DNA of 42,388 nt from positions 1 to 42,388 of the forward strand of contig ML002317.1 of the NCBI GenBank assembly GCA_003614675.1. The letters are read 5' to 3'. How positions within the stretch are numbered: position 1 is the stretch's first letter; every line of letters begins with the position of its first letter. The stretch is from Dimargaris cristalligena. Its lineage: Eukaryota. The notes beneath the pieces are model-generated. The model had not been told where the DNA came from and did no database searches. It saw only the letters and a list, made by a program, of their open reading frames with translations. The translations under genes and the position numbers were made by a program. Of the stretch, positions 11,511-23,900 are shown piece after piece.

Positions 11511-14500
11511 CTAGGCCGGAAGTGAGGCTTTACCCTGGCGAACAATAGCGGGTCGAAGAGCGGCCATGGTCACTAGAATCGCTTCCTGTAGCAGGGCCAA
11601 AGCAACAAGGTAGCCAAGTGGGAAAATAAGGCACATGTTTTTGCGTGTGGGTGGGCATGCGTGAGTGAGGGAGGGTGGGTGTGAATGGGGGCAATGTGAA
11701 GGGATATAAACATAGGTTAGTCAATTTAGTTTGCAAACAAATCATTAGCAAACTGGCAATATAAATAAAGTTGTGGGGGGGGGGTAGTATCATGGTGATG
11801 TGAGGGTTGCACTTGGGTGCAGGGCAGGAAAGGGGGGGGCACAGCATGTGAAGCGGAGGATGTCCATGCGCGCCCTAATAACACAAAGTTAACCAGGGAC
11901 AGGGTAATAACCTAGTCGAACAGGTTGCCTGTAGTTCTAGACCCCGGTCGGCTGGGAGGCTGAGGGTGGTGCAATAATGATGTTGGTGGTGGGGCTTCCA
12001 GTCGGACAGAGAGATTACCATCAGAAATCGGATTGCCTTAATCTGCATCTTATCTTTTCAGCTAGTACTACCACTTCTCTCATTCATAGGAACCTACTGA
12101 ACAACTAAAATTCCTAGCCTCAAGGAATTGGAGAAAGAAAAAACATCCCAAAGTTGAACCAAAAGGCCTAATAAAGGCCAAATAAGGCCGACATGAAGAA
12201 ATAGGCTGATCAATCACATTGGTCCATGCCTATTCATGCTAGTAGATGAAAACTGTCCAGGATGATACATATTGTAAATAAACGTATAAACGGACAGCTG
12301 CACACGGGGTTTTCAAGTATGAAGCTGTGCTATGGGAGAGTATGCCGGGATGGGGAGCCCAAGGGGAAAAGAAAGAACGGGTATAGTATAGTCATAAGAC
12401 GAAGGGTAATTCCCAGCGATCAGTTGGCCTGGTTTAACTCCCGGTTAGATAAAGGTGTAATACCAGGTCCGCCAACCCTACACCATTACGAGAACACCAT
12501 TGTCCAAAGAGGCGCAAACCAAGCTGGAGGAGGCTTTTCCAAACAATCCAGGATTGGGTTTGCCCGGTTGAGTAATAATCTCTTACGCGCCCAACCATCA
12601 AGATAAGTCCGGGGGTAAAATAAACCAACAAGTGGAAGCATAAGTGAGAAGGGGGGATTGTCGGGCAGCTCGGGGACTATCTCTTACAGATATAGGGCAT
12701 TGCGGAAGAGCCTTATCAAGTCATTCGACCTACTACCAGAGATGTCCTGGCGAGTAAATTGGGATAAAACTTAACCAGTCCCGACTCTCTCCCCCGTATG
12801 CCGTTCAAATAGGGGTTAAAGAAATCCCATCACCGCCGGGATATACCTTTCCTAATTGATGACTGAGGTGCAATGAGTTTACAAGATCCCGGCATAGAAA
12901 AGGCAAAGGAGGTAGATACCAATCCAAATCCCACTGGAAGAAATTAAACAGGCGGGTCCAGATGTCGAGTCCTTTGCGCCATCTAGATGGTGGTAATTAT
13001 AGGGAGATAGGAGGGTTGTCGAAACTTACTCTCTCTCTCCCAACAGTTCCAGACTAGTTAAGGGAATTGTTGCGTACCCATTTGTAACCATTAGGTCATA
13101 TTCTGCCCCGTACCCGCCACGCCTAATGTCCACCTTCCTCTAGCTTGGGATTTGGATGTAAGATAAAACCGCTACTAAAAGAAACAGGAAGAGATGCCAT
13201 GAGGCGGAAAAGAGAAGATACGACCAATAAAAGGAGATGTAACCATTGGTCACTGGGGCTCTAGACCACATGCATGGCTTAGGTCGGAGTGGAGATAACA
13301 AGAAGGTCCTCCTCTAGATACATTATCACGAAGGACCAAACCCATCACCAAGCACCCGTCCCAAGACTGCACCTCATCTATCTATTTAAGGATGGAAAAA
13401 TGAAGTACATGCTTCAATTGAATGAAGATCCTCCCACACCCCCAAAAGTAAGAGAATAATAGTAACTAACGAAACGAGATAGTACAACAGAGATACTAAA
13501 CTGAAAAGTATAATATTTGAATAACAGGGCGTGGTAGCCAAGAAATCTATAACGCCGGTGTAGTGAATGTGCACTATCAATACGGTGACATTTAGGGCGA
13601 CAAAGGGATGGTCTGATCCTAATTGGTCTATACGTCACCTATAACCATTATTTAGACCGTGTTCCCCCTTCCCAAACCAATAGTTCTACCGCCACCACCA
13701 TAATTTAAGCGCAATACACCCAAGATATCAATAATCCAAATAAGGGGGGGTAGTGCTACTTACCTCTGTCCGAATGGTGCGACTCCCCTGGTTGGGGCAC
13801 GTGTTCAGCCACAAATCGAAAAGTTTGCTGGAATCTTCACCGGGGTACCGTATGCTTTGATCAGCATCGACGGCCGGCTCAATACCAATGACACCCCCGA
13901 AAACAACGAGCAGATGGCTAAATGACGGAAGGTAGGACACATCCGGTGACCCGTGTAAGTAGCAATAGGAATAGATGAATGTGGTAAACGCAATTATGAA
14001 TGGGGGAAGTGGTCACGCAGCGCCGGGCCATACCACCGTGGGCAAAAAAGCAACTAATAATAATAAAAATGCCATCCGAATATAGCGAAAACTAAATAGG
14101 CCTTTCCAAGTGAAGGAAATCCAGCCATATCGGACATCCACGCACGGCCGCTATTGATGTCATCGGCAGACCAGTGGGAATGCCAAAATGGGGTAGGAGG
14201 TGGGGAGGTGCAACAACCCCATATATTTGACAACTAGGCGCGGTACTAATATTAGGTGCACAAAAGACACCGCCCCCCTCCTCCATGCCGATACGGACAT
14301 AGTGAACATATCCAGCCAGCGAGACGAATTCAGCTGCGGTGTGTGATGAGGAGTGGGAGGGTCCCGAGATGTTCGTGGCTCTGGGAACCCGTATTTTAGC
14401 AAAGAGGTGTGCATGCAGTGGAGGGAGACTGTGAAGGCTAAGCCCTCTTCTTCACGGTCCACCTGCCCTAATATCGTCAAAAATCCCATCCCTCCTCGTT

Positions 14501-16355
14501 CTCCTTTGTCCAGCGCAATCAGGCCATTTCTCCAAACTTACCGATAGGCCGGCATCTTATCCGTGGTTTCGTCGATGGAGTCACCCCGCTCGGATGTTCC
14601 GATTTTGAGGTCGTAGCCGCCCTATACAATATGACCATATGGAGAGTCGTAAAAATAATAATAATTTTTAAAAAAAAAGAGGGGGACACCATGATCCCGA
14701 ATAATAATGCAAAGAAATAGATTATAATTGGATGTCATTAGGGCTCGGTTGCGCATCGGATGGGGGAGGTCAGGCGGAAGTCCTTTAACCCGCGATGCGT
14801 GGGATACCTCTCTCGCTTGGCATTGGCGTGATTGTCTATATAGGTATATATATGTATATATATATTTGAATGAATGAGCTAGGCTTACCGGGTAAGGGCA
14901 TTCGGAGAAAACCTGGGATATCGAATTCGCCAATCGAATCTGATAACCCCAGTATATGCCGTCTTTTTCCCGGGGCATACGAGGCGAGACTACCGTCCCA
15001 CTCGGGTTTTTGGTTTCTGTGGGTGTAAACGAAGCACCCAAATCGGGATGGAAGATTGATAACATAAAGGTAGATATACAGGTCATGTTATTAGTAGGCT
15101 ATGGAAAATAGAAGTTGAAGACGACACCAGTCATTTTTAATATATATATAGAAACGCTAGTCAGCTATCACATCTGTGCTTCATGGGTAAATAATAAGTC
15201 GATTGACCAGACTATTAAGAAGGGGGTGACTTCCGAACTTACCCAAGTGTTCAAAATCGTCCATCTTGACAGTCACCCGAACATTCGGCTGAATCGATCG
15301 GTTGATCATGACGTAGCGACGCAGACCACAATTGACAAACGTGCGCGAACCGCCCCGGACCGGGCCACCACTTTGGACCTGATTACGTTGGGGCAGCGTA
15401 ACCCCCTCCCGGTACGGACTCGGTTCGTCCTGGCGGACATGGTGGGGACAATCCAACGGATTCAGCAGCCTCGCGTAACGCAGATCCGGGTGCATGGGGA
15501 ATAGGGCGCGCCGCAGGTACTGGGGCGTTTCGAGGTACTGCAAAACGCGGGACAGAAAGAGGTGGGGGTCGGACTGCTGGTTGGCCGATTCGAAGACTCC
15601 CTGGAGGGATTCGCCCCGGGCGACAGGAACGACGGAAGACGAAGCAGCATTGGGTTTCCGTTGGGAATGGCCAGTCTTATTAGCAGTGCCATCGTCATCA
15701 TCATCATCACTATTATTGTCATCATCGCTGTCCGCATTGGGGTTAGCGCCCTTCTTCGACGAAGCCGCAGCAGGGTATTGGCTACGGCGCTGGCATTGAT
15801 CGTCGTAAATCACGATTTCGTCCACGTTGAACACGGCGGCGGCCCGCGCGATCTGGCCGGCTAGATAAGTACGCAATTCGGCGGACTGGGCGTTATCGAC
15901 AATCGACCCTGGAAGAGCAATGCTCACGGTATACTGCCGGCCTGGGCCCTGCTGGGGTTCGGTAGCATCCGGGGCAGGGGCGTCCTTGTCATTGGTCGAC
16001 GGCTCGGGGGAAGCGACGGTGACTTCCGCTGAAGAGGAATCCAGGGGAGTTTCCGCTGGGACTGCGTCGCTCGACTCATTCTTGGACTTCTTGAGCGGTT
16101 GCGCATTAGTACCAGTCGGAGCTTCCGAGGTGGGGGCGGTCGAGCTACGTTTCTAATAAGAAAAGAATAAAGTCGGGTTTTATACAGCATAACCAAGCGG
16201 AGATTAGGTACGAATGCCGAATTAGCGCAAGGCTGCTCCTTGTAAGAATTCCGAGCGCTACTGCGAGGACACGATAGTCGTACCCATGTGGATTGCAGTC
16301 CTTTCTGGGAGACATTTACGCTGTGGCTCGGTCTTACTTTATTTTTGGGGGCCAT
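11511..16355 (-). CDS. SPOUT1: SPOUT-family RNA methyltransferase (SPOUT1/C9orf114/CENP-32 family), 454 aa. Exons: 16355-16338, 16152-15243, 15016-14889, 14621-14542, 13917-13764, 11585-11511
   Basis: Family motifs in order: GRQYTVSIALPGSIVDNAQSAELRTYLAGQIARAAAVFNVDEI, LQYLETPQYLR, LLNPLDCPHH, YREGV, YWGYQIRLA, GYDLKIGTSERG, HLLVVFGG, FDLWLNTCPNQGSRTIRTE|EAILVTMAAL. All five introns are GTAAG...YAG with compatible phases (0,1,0,2,0); summed exon length is 1365 nt. Confidence 0.92.
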
Positions 16356-17071
16356 GGTGTCAATTCGTTCACGAATGAGAATCCGAGCGGTCGATCAATG
16401 GATATATCGTAGAATAAGCAACGACGGGGAAAAAACACAAAAATATTGAATGTAGGTCTTTAGGACTTAACGAACTGAGCTGGGTAATGGGACAATACCT
16501 TTTGTCAAAAATATATATTTCAAAAAAAAAAATGAATCAGTGTATATTTTTAAATGGTCTATTTTTTTAACGGTCCTATTTTAGGCTGATGATGTAATTT
16601 TGGACTATTAAGAGCTGGCTTGAATGTATCCGAACCTTTTTGCTTACCTTTAAACTGATTTAATGAGGGAGAAATTTAACCTGGCTGAGTAACGAGCAAA
16701 CTATGTATGGGATCAAGAAGTTTCGAATAAGAATAGAAGGCCTGCTCAAGTTTCCAGAAATGTGGTTATCCAATTATTCATACAGCCGGGTTCAACGGGG
16801 TCCATTTATTCGTTCAAATCAGCCCAATTTATCGGATGGAATAGTGAAACCCCGATTATGTTGGCTCTGATATTATATACCGGTGATTTATAACACAATC
16901 CGTAAGTGTATGTATTATTATAATTCGATAGAATTTAATAGGTAAAGTGGGACACGCCTGCAAATGTAGCGAGGGTTTGGGCCATATTCTACCATGCTAA
17001 TAGTTTCCAGTCACAAACTAAAGCCACATCAACTACCTATATATTTGATTTAATTTACACTCTAGTTTTTC

Positions 17072-17189
17072 AGTTGCGGCCATATGTCGGGATTTGCTCC
17101 GTATCCCGTTGGATCTGCGAAGATAAGCCCTGAACAGTTGATTTAGTACTAAGGTGGGAGACCACTTGGGAATAGTCAATGCTACAGCT
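17072..17189 (+). rRNA. 5S rRNA, dispersed copy 1
   Basis: 118 nt (AGTTGCGGCCATATG...TAGTACT...GGGAGACC...GGGAATAGTCAATGCTACAGCT). Helices I-V can be paired by hand, a GAGA tetraloop closes helix IV, and a T5 run follows. Confidence 0.93.
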
Positions 17190-17193
17190 TTTT
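17189..17193 (+). terminator. Pol III oligo-T terminator of 5S copy 1
   Basis: TTTTT directly at the 3' end of the gene, with a further TCTTTT just downstream. Confidence 0.75.
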
Positions 17194-18267
17194 ATCTTTT
17201 AATTTTGCTACCTCCGAATAGAACGGACAATAGGTGCCAGGAATTGGAATATAGGCGAATACTATGGGGCCACATTATTCATAGCTTCTAGTAACAATAC
17301 TACTACTACTTTAATTATTTTTCGTTGGGCTAAAGTGTGGTTCTTATGAGGCACCTGCTCTATTATCATACAACAAGAGTCCATGAAACCTAATATAGTC
17401 TTGTACAAAAATAGCACCAAAGCCTTACTAAACAGGCTACAGCCTGGGTTTTATACAAAATCCTATATTCTATGAGCCGAGCGTTTCCTATATTCTTCTA
17501 ATCGACAACAGCCTCCGTGCGATTTTTTCGCATTTAATTCATATTCTCACTGACCGGGCCCAGGTCATTTTAAACGAAATTTAATCACAGTTTTGTTACT
17601 TTTACATGGACGACAAAATATAGGGCATTCTAAATAATGGAAAGCTGGTAAAAAAGGGGTAAGAAGAGATGCGATTTCGCCATTGAGACCACCCACGCTA
17701 GTTCTCAAACACTGAGCATAAACACGCGGACTATAACGTATAACGAGTGGCAGTAATCCACACATCCATAAACGGCAAGGCTAAGGATATATATAAATTG
17801 GTATATATAAACTGAAATATATAGTATAATAAAAAAGGGCAGTGTATGTATAAATGTATGCATTTTCTGCAATCAAGACCCTGGAAACACAAGTGCAAGG
17901 AAGGACAGAGGAAGGGTGGTGATACGCAGCACGCTACTTGGATGGGCTGAACAGTTACATATGCTGACCAGTTGCGGAGTACAGTAATGGAAGTTGGCTA
18001 ATTGACGAGGGGGGAAGGAAATCAAATACACATAGAAAATGAATGACCAGCAGTGAAGGGTAAAAGGAGGTGTGAATGCACAGAGGATTACAACTAATAA
18101 ATAAATAAATAAATAATAAGGGCTGGAAATACGGGGGTGAGGTAGGGTTTTACTAGACAATAAACAAATAACCCCTTAGACCTGAGAAAGTCCAACACAA
18201 CGCAAGGGGGCTGTGTTGTGTGGTTATCAACCCCCGAGAAAGGATGGTCATAACGCAGTCCTTTAGT

Positions 18268-19335
18268 TTAGGCCCGGTTCTGGAACTGGGAGGTAGCGTA
18301 ACTGGTGGCAGCCTGCTGGGCCGTCTTGGACGAAGCCACGCTGGAAACCGCCTGGGCCTTGGCATCCTCAAAGGTATGGCCCTGCGACTTGTAGTGCAGG
18401 TGAATCTTACGGTACATGAACAGGGCGAACAGGCCGCCGGCCAGGAAGCAGGCGCAGGTCAGTATACAGAACACCCCGGCCACGACCTTACCGGCCGAGA
18501 ACATACTGATGGCGTTAATGAGGCCGGACGACCCGCTGTACGGAATGCCCACGGCCAGGTAAAACGACACGAGAATATGCAGTCCACCGAAAATGAAGTA
18601 AAAGTAGTAATAGAGGGACTTTTCTTTCATGTAGGCGTTGTACAGCGGGCGGTACCAGAAGAAGAAGGACAGTAAGGTGACGGTGAAGAGGTAGCTGAAA
18701 CTCACCCCAAAGTCGGTGGGCGCACTGGTGACACCTTCGGCATGGGAGACGAGCATAACGAGGGCGGCTATGCAATTGAATACCAGAGTAGCCTCCAAAA
18801 ACAGCCAGTACCACCACATGCGCTGCATGACGGGCTGGCTAGCAGCGGGGATCTCGGCCTTGATGTCCATGTAGATGAACGGGAAGAACGGGGGGAAGTT
18901 ATTCGGGGGCCGTCCACTTTTGCGGATCTCTTCACTCTGGGCCTGGAGTTCCAGTTCCCGCTGGGCCAGCTCCTGTTCCCGGCGTTGTAGTTCGGCCTCG
19001 CGCGAACTGAGGTGGGTCGGGTTGGTCGGTGAGGGCATGCCGCTGACGTCCACGGAATGGTGGCCACTGTTGCGGCCGCTACTGTTGTTGCCGTAGGGGT
19101 AGTGGGTAGCGTCGTCGCCTAAGGCAACGAAATCCATGCGCTGGCTCTCGGTACGCGACCGACTCGGGTCGTGGAAGGAAGGGGCGGGCACGGTGGCGTG
19201 GTGGTGGGCGTCATCTGCGGCGATTTGGGTGGAGTTGAGGGCATGGTTGATGCTAGGGTCGGCGAACGGGTCTTGGACCTCGTAGCGGGCATCATCAAAG
19301 GGGTTGGCGTTAGGGTTGGTCGGTGGGCGCGACAT
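18268..19335 (-). CDS. SCAMP: Secretory carrier membrane protein (SCAMP family), 355 aa, intronless
   Basis: N-terminal NPF/DPF motifs, coiled coil (REAELQRREQELAQRE), NNFPPF motif, four hydrophobic segments, and E-peptide-like FWYRPLYNAY. Confidence 0.92.
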   Translation of the reverse strand: MSRPPTNPNANPFDDARYEVQDPFADPSINHALNSTQIAADDAHHHATVPAPSFHDPSRSRTESQRMDFVALGDDATHYPYGNNSSGRNSGHHSVDVSGMPSPTNPTHLSSREAELQRREQELAQRELELQAQSEEIRKSGRPPNNFPPFFPFIYMDIKAEIPAASQPVMQRMWWYWLFLEATLVFNCIAALVMLVSHAEGVTSAPTDFGVSFSYLFTVTLLSFFFWYRPLYNAYMKEKSLYYYFYFIFGGLHILVSFYLAVGIPYSGSSGLINAISMFSAGKVVAGVFCILTCACFLAGGLFALFMYRKIHLHYKSQGHTFEDAKAQAVSSVASSKTAQQAATSYATSQFQNRA

Positions 19336-19446
19336 TGCGGATATAGGGTATGCGGCGGGGAACGGGCCGGCGCTAGGCGGGGGGATTACTGGTTAAGTGA
19401 GCACAGTGATGGGTGAGTGAGTAAGAAAGCAAGAGAGAGGGGGAGA

Positions 19447-19451
<5 letters not shown>

Positions 19452-19482
<31 letters not shown>
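19452..19482. repeat. (AG)n microsatellite upstream of SCAMP
   Basis: About 15 perfect AG units, reading (CT)n on the SCAMP sense strand. Confidence 0.9.
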
Positions 19483-19486
<4 letters not shown>

Positions 19487-20781
19487 TAGAAGGTGGTAAA
19501 AGAGCAGTGGCGGGGAATGCAAGATGGAGAGTGGAAAGGAACCAAACAACGGAAAACAGAGAGCATAAAATGAGAAGGGGGGAAGAGAAGAGAACAAAGG
19601 CGAAGAAACCTAGGCTAGGTGCTGGAGGAAGCGCAGGTGGGAAAACTTATCCATTGAGTGGGAGAGAGAGTGTGTGTGCCCTTTTCTTGGCAACAGCACT
19701 CCAGGGTCCAACGGAGAATAAGGCAGTAAGTAAGCTTAGGTGAGAGCGATGAAGAGAGAGAAAGAGACTATAAAAGACCGAAGGTTCGAAGGGGCTATTG
19801 TCGGTCCTTTCCTCAGACAAGGTAATAGTGGGAATAAACCGGCAATGCCAAGCCGTCTCCATCCGATTACACTTGAAACCCCGCCCGCCTCTTTCCAACA
19901 CCTTTGCGGATACATATAATATATATACAGCAAATCTCCCCATTCACTACTATAGTGTACTTATCCTTGGTGTGCACCGCCCCCATGGCTAACAACCTCC
20001 AACTTTTCATAATGGTTGTTCAGATAAGCCTTATTAGATTATTATTATTATTATTAACAATATCTCCACTCCTATATCCACACTGTGGGTGCCCCCCCCC
20101 TGGCAATATACTTTTCGATACGCCATTGTTTCGAGGCAGTGTGACGTGGCCACGTTGCTATTGCCATTGCTATGGCTATTGCGCTGGCCCATACTGGTAA
20201 TCTGGTTGCTTCATACGCGGCGAAAGGTAGAGAGGTTTTTAAGTGGGGTGTGGCTTATCCAGTATATACGTCTTGTAGCACATTGCCACCCTACACTGGC
20301 CTGTGACTGGTCCCGGTGCTTCTCGATTTATTGGATTCAAAAATACCGCCAGTTAGTGTCACCTAATCTTGTATTCCAATACTTTATACCTAAAATCCCC
20401 TAAACCAAATGAGAATACTGGCCAATCACTCCCAAGTCTAGACGATAATTGCGATGAGGGGCCCACCATTAAGGTGTTAGAATCAATGGATATATGACAA
20501 TACAAAGCCTTAGTGTATCAAAGTGAATGAAAGTAAAGAAAGCTGCAAGAGTTGCGTGGAATACACTCCACCATGTGTTTTATTGTATGACTATTGACTG
20601 TAAAGAAAGCTGGGATATAATTCTCTCTATGATGGGAGAATCTCCAAGAATATAATTTGATAGAGGCGTGAGCTGCCTTTCTAACAAAAGGCACGGGTGC
20701 TTCCTAAAATAAAATCCAGCAAGGCCGCTCGTAAATCGCTTCTGTTTTCTCCCATGTATACTTCCAACGTATACACACACT

Positions 20782-20783
20782 CA

Positions 20784-20813
<30 letters not shown>
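20782..20813. repeat. (CATA)n tetranucleotide repeat downstream of the kinase stop
   Basis: About 8 tandem CATA units seen directly. Confidence 0.9.
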
Positions 20814-20817
<4 letters not shown>

Positions 20818-20919
20818 GATATAAGGAGAGCCATTCCAGATAGTGCAGGTGGTTTTTATAAAGAATATATATTATTACAGAACAAATCCATCATGCGTGT
20901 AAATATCAGTGCAGTAAAA

Positions 20920-23900
20920 TCACCCGTGGCCCGTTGGTTTATTCTTCGGCGCCGTTGTGGTGGTTGCTGTTGTCGTCGTCGCCGTTGGTGCTGCGCTCGA
21001 CGACGGCGACGCTCCCGAATTCCGCCACCCTTTCAGGCCCTTCGCAATACTCACCGACAACCGCCGTAAGCCACGCGTAATTTTGCGGGACCATTGGAAC
21101 GACGGGGCCAGGGCATCCTGGATATCGCGGGACGACACATGCACTTCGGGGTAGTGTTGGCGCACATTGGTGTCGCGCGCCCAATTCGACCCGCCATTGG
21201 CCAACCCTTCGACCACCCAGGGGTGTTGTTTGACTTGGTCAATGGTGATCCGGGACCGGAAATCCTTGTCCATGAGGCGGTCGAGAAGGTCGCGGAGGCT
21301 GGCCGGGATGGGACCGTCGGCCCGTGTTGGGGGCCGTTTCGGCGGGGCTTCGAAGTTGGCGCTGGGGTTGTGCATATAATGAGGGTGATTGGTGTCCGGA
21401 CCATTAGCGCTGGGATCCTTATCATCGCTATCGTCATCGCCGTCAATATCGTAAAGGGGGTCCTGGCGGGGGATTACCTGGAACAGCTCAAATTCATTGT
21501 CCGCCACAAATGGACACCGACCGTAGATGAGGCAGTACAGGGTAACCCCCATGGCCCAGACATCAATGGCCTTGGTAATCCCCTGGTAACTTGGGGTCGG
21601 TGAAGGCGGGTAATTCAGAAAGTCTTGGATCGGCTGTTCTAGAATCGGGTGCAGTTTAGCCGCTGCACTCCCCGCGGCGGGGTGGGCGATACCCGAAGTG
21701 CCGCCCATCTCCGGGGGGGCCGTTTTAGTCTTGGCCAAAGGGGTGCTCGACCCGGGTCCTCGGGTCTTGGAGTCACTGGCGGTACCAAGCGGGCCACCTT
21801 GGGTACCCGAAAAAAGGGATATGGATCGCAGTAGGGCAGGGGAGGCCCGTTCGTGGGATGGTACGGACGAAGATGCTGCCGCCGCATCTTGGGACATGGG
21901 ACTGTAAGACGCCCGGCGGCCCATCAAATACGAAGGCGGAACGAGCAGGGGCGGCTTATCACTCGCGGTTGCCGCGGCCAGGGCAGTAGAACTAATCGTG
22001 CTACTCTGGGCGCGCTTATGATTCAGCGGAACCCGGGGGGCTGGCTGGTGAGGGAGTACACTGACCTGGGACTGGGTGGCGGGGGAGAGTGCAGCCAGCC
22101 ATTTCCAGCGGGGTGTAGTAACCTCGCTATCAAAGCCACCGACACCAGGGGTTGTACCCCGGTCGGTATCGGTCTGAGTCCGCCGCACTTTGGTACCATT
22201 AATCAAATCGGTATCCAGGCGCAATGAATGGTCACGGTGTGGGATCGTAGGGGATGTGCCTGGACCCATAGCATTAGCTGGGAGTCTAAACCCATTAGTG
22301 TTGGAACCCCCCGGGGCAGGAGGGACGTCCACCTGATTGGACGGAAAAGTTCGATTAAGGGATAGGGAACGGTGTACGGGTTGGGCGTAGGTGGTCCGGG
22401 TTGACGGGGCGGCCTTGATAATACGGGAATGGCGTGGGGGTGAAGCCGGTGGCAGGACCAGTCCGGGTGTCGATTCAATACTATTGCGTAGAATAGTGGA
22501 ACGAGGCCCCCGTTTATTGTCGCTAGTAACATGGGCAGCCGCGGCGTCTTCTTCAGCCACCACAATAGCCGGGGGTGGCGAGTAGTTTGCCGAAGCGGGT
22601 AATAAGAGGGGCGATGTTGGTGGCGGGGGTTCCTCCCGCGTTACGGGGGAGGGTGAGGAAAGCGAGGGTTTCCGTGAATGGGAGGACCGGTTTAGGATAT
22701 GGCCTAGAATGAGTCCCGACAAAGAGGGTCGCCGGGTCTGGAGCACGGGAGATATAGGCGGGAGCGAAGCAGCAGCAGTGGTCGATGGGTCGTCATTGGG
22801 ATTACGCCGACGGCCAGCGGTGGTGGTTTGGGGGATTTTGGCGGGAGCGGGGGTAGGCGTAGTATCCGTCGGGTCATCCGGGGGTACCCATTCCTGGGCG
22901 AGGGGATGTCTTTTGGACCGCCACTCTTTCAGAAGCTTATTCAATTCCGGGGCCGTGCAGCATAGTTCGGGGGCAAAGAAGGCGGGACTGCCCACGGTTT
23001 TGGCCAGCTCCTGGTCGTAATCATTGGGGGAGGTGGGTTCCGGCGGTAGAGCCGAATCAAGGGGTTGGGAAGGACCACTCGTATTGTAAACGCTGCCGTC
23101 GTCGTCGCCGTAGTCATGTTCGCCTAGGGCACCGAAAGGTAGTCGGGCCGGCCAATGGATTGACGAGGGACGCGATGAGGTGGAGAGGCCTCGACTTGAA
23201 AGCGATGACCGCGGTCGGTCTTCGGTGGGATAATTCCCACCATCGCCCGGCTCGTGCGTATCAGCCGACCACCTTAGAGCACTCGAGGTTTTCGGTAGTG
23301 TGGAGCGCCCCTCCAAAGTGGGGGCTGGGCCACCTGTTGCGGAATGAAGGGAAGGCGGGGCACTGGGCACGGCGAACTCGGGCGGATCGTATGTTTCTAC
23401 TTCGGCCTCCGAGGGATTGAATTCAAAGTCCGACCAAAAATCATCACTGTCGCTTTCGTCCAAGTCGTCGTAGTTGACCAAACTGAGACCCAGACTACCG
23501 TTGCGTCGGCTTGGTAGGCGGAAGACCTGGTCGCCATAGTCCGAAGAGGGCTCGGATAGAGGGGAGGAATGGAGTGCCATGGTGGCGGGATTGCGGTCGT
23601 TGAGCGGAGGTGAAGCCCTCGGTTTCGTAAAAGGGCCCTCTGATGATGGGGTACCGTCCTGCTGGTGTATTGATTCCGAATCAGTTTCGTCATCCGAGTT
23701 AAAAATTAAAATAGGAGTGCGGGGCTTGGGGGAGGCTAAAGGGCTGGCCGTTGTCAGGCGGGCTGGTATAGCGGATGGTGCCGTGGTCAACGATGCTGAT
23801 CTATCCCGCCCATTAGTCACTATGCCAGTGGAGTCAGCTAGGCGGGGTGAGTAGGAGCCAGGCGATGGAAACCCGCTACTACTGCTACCACCACCTCCAC

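Noticed and set aside
11586-14541. Intronic snoRNA cluster or TPP riboswitch in the long SPOUT1 introns
   Set aside because: I found no sense-strand RTGATGA C boxes and no TPP aptamer core motifs by eye. H/ACA RNAs cannot be excluded without an Infernal/Rfam scan.
15924-16355. 143-aa ORF starting MAPKNKVRP
   Set aside because: It is SPOUT1 exon 1 read through intron 1 into the wrong frame; the spliced model restores the conserved protein.
16586-16658. Possible C/D snoRNA (CTGATGA ... CTGA)
   Set aside because: Imperfect C box, no terminal stem, and at most about 8 nt of possible rRNA complementarity; it lies in AT-rich promoter DNA.
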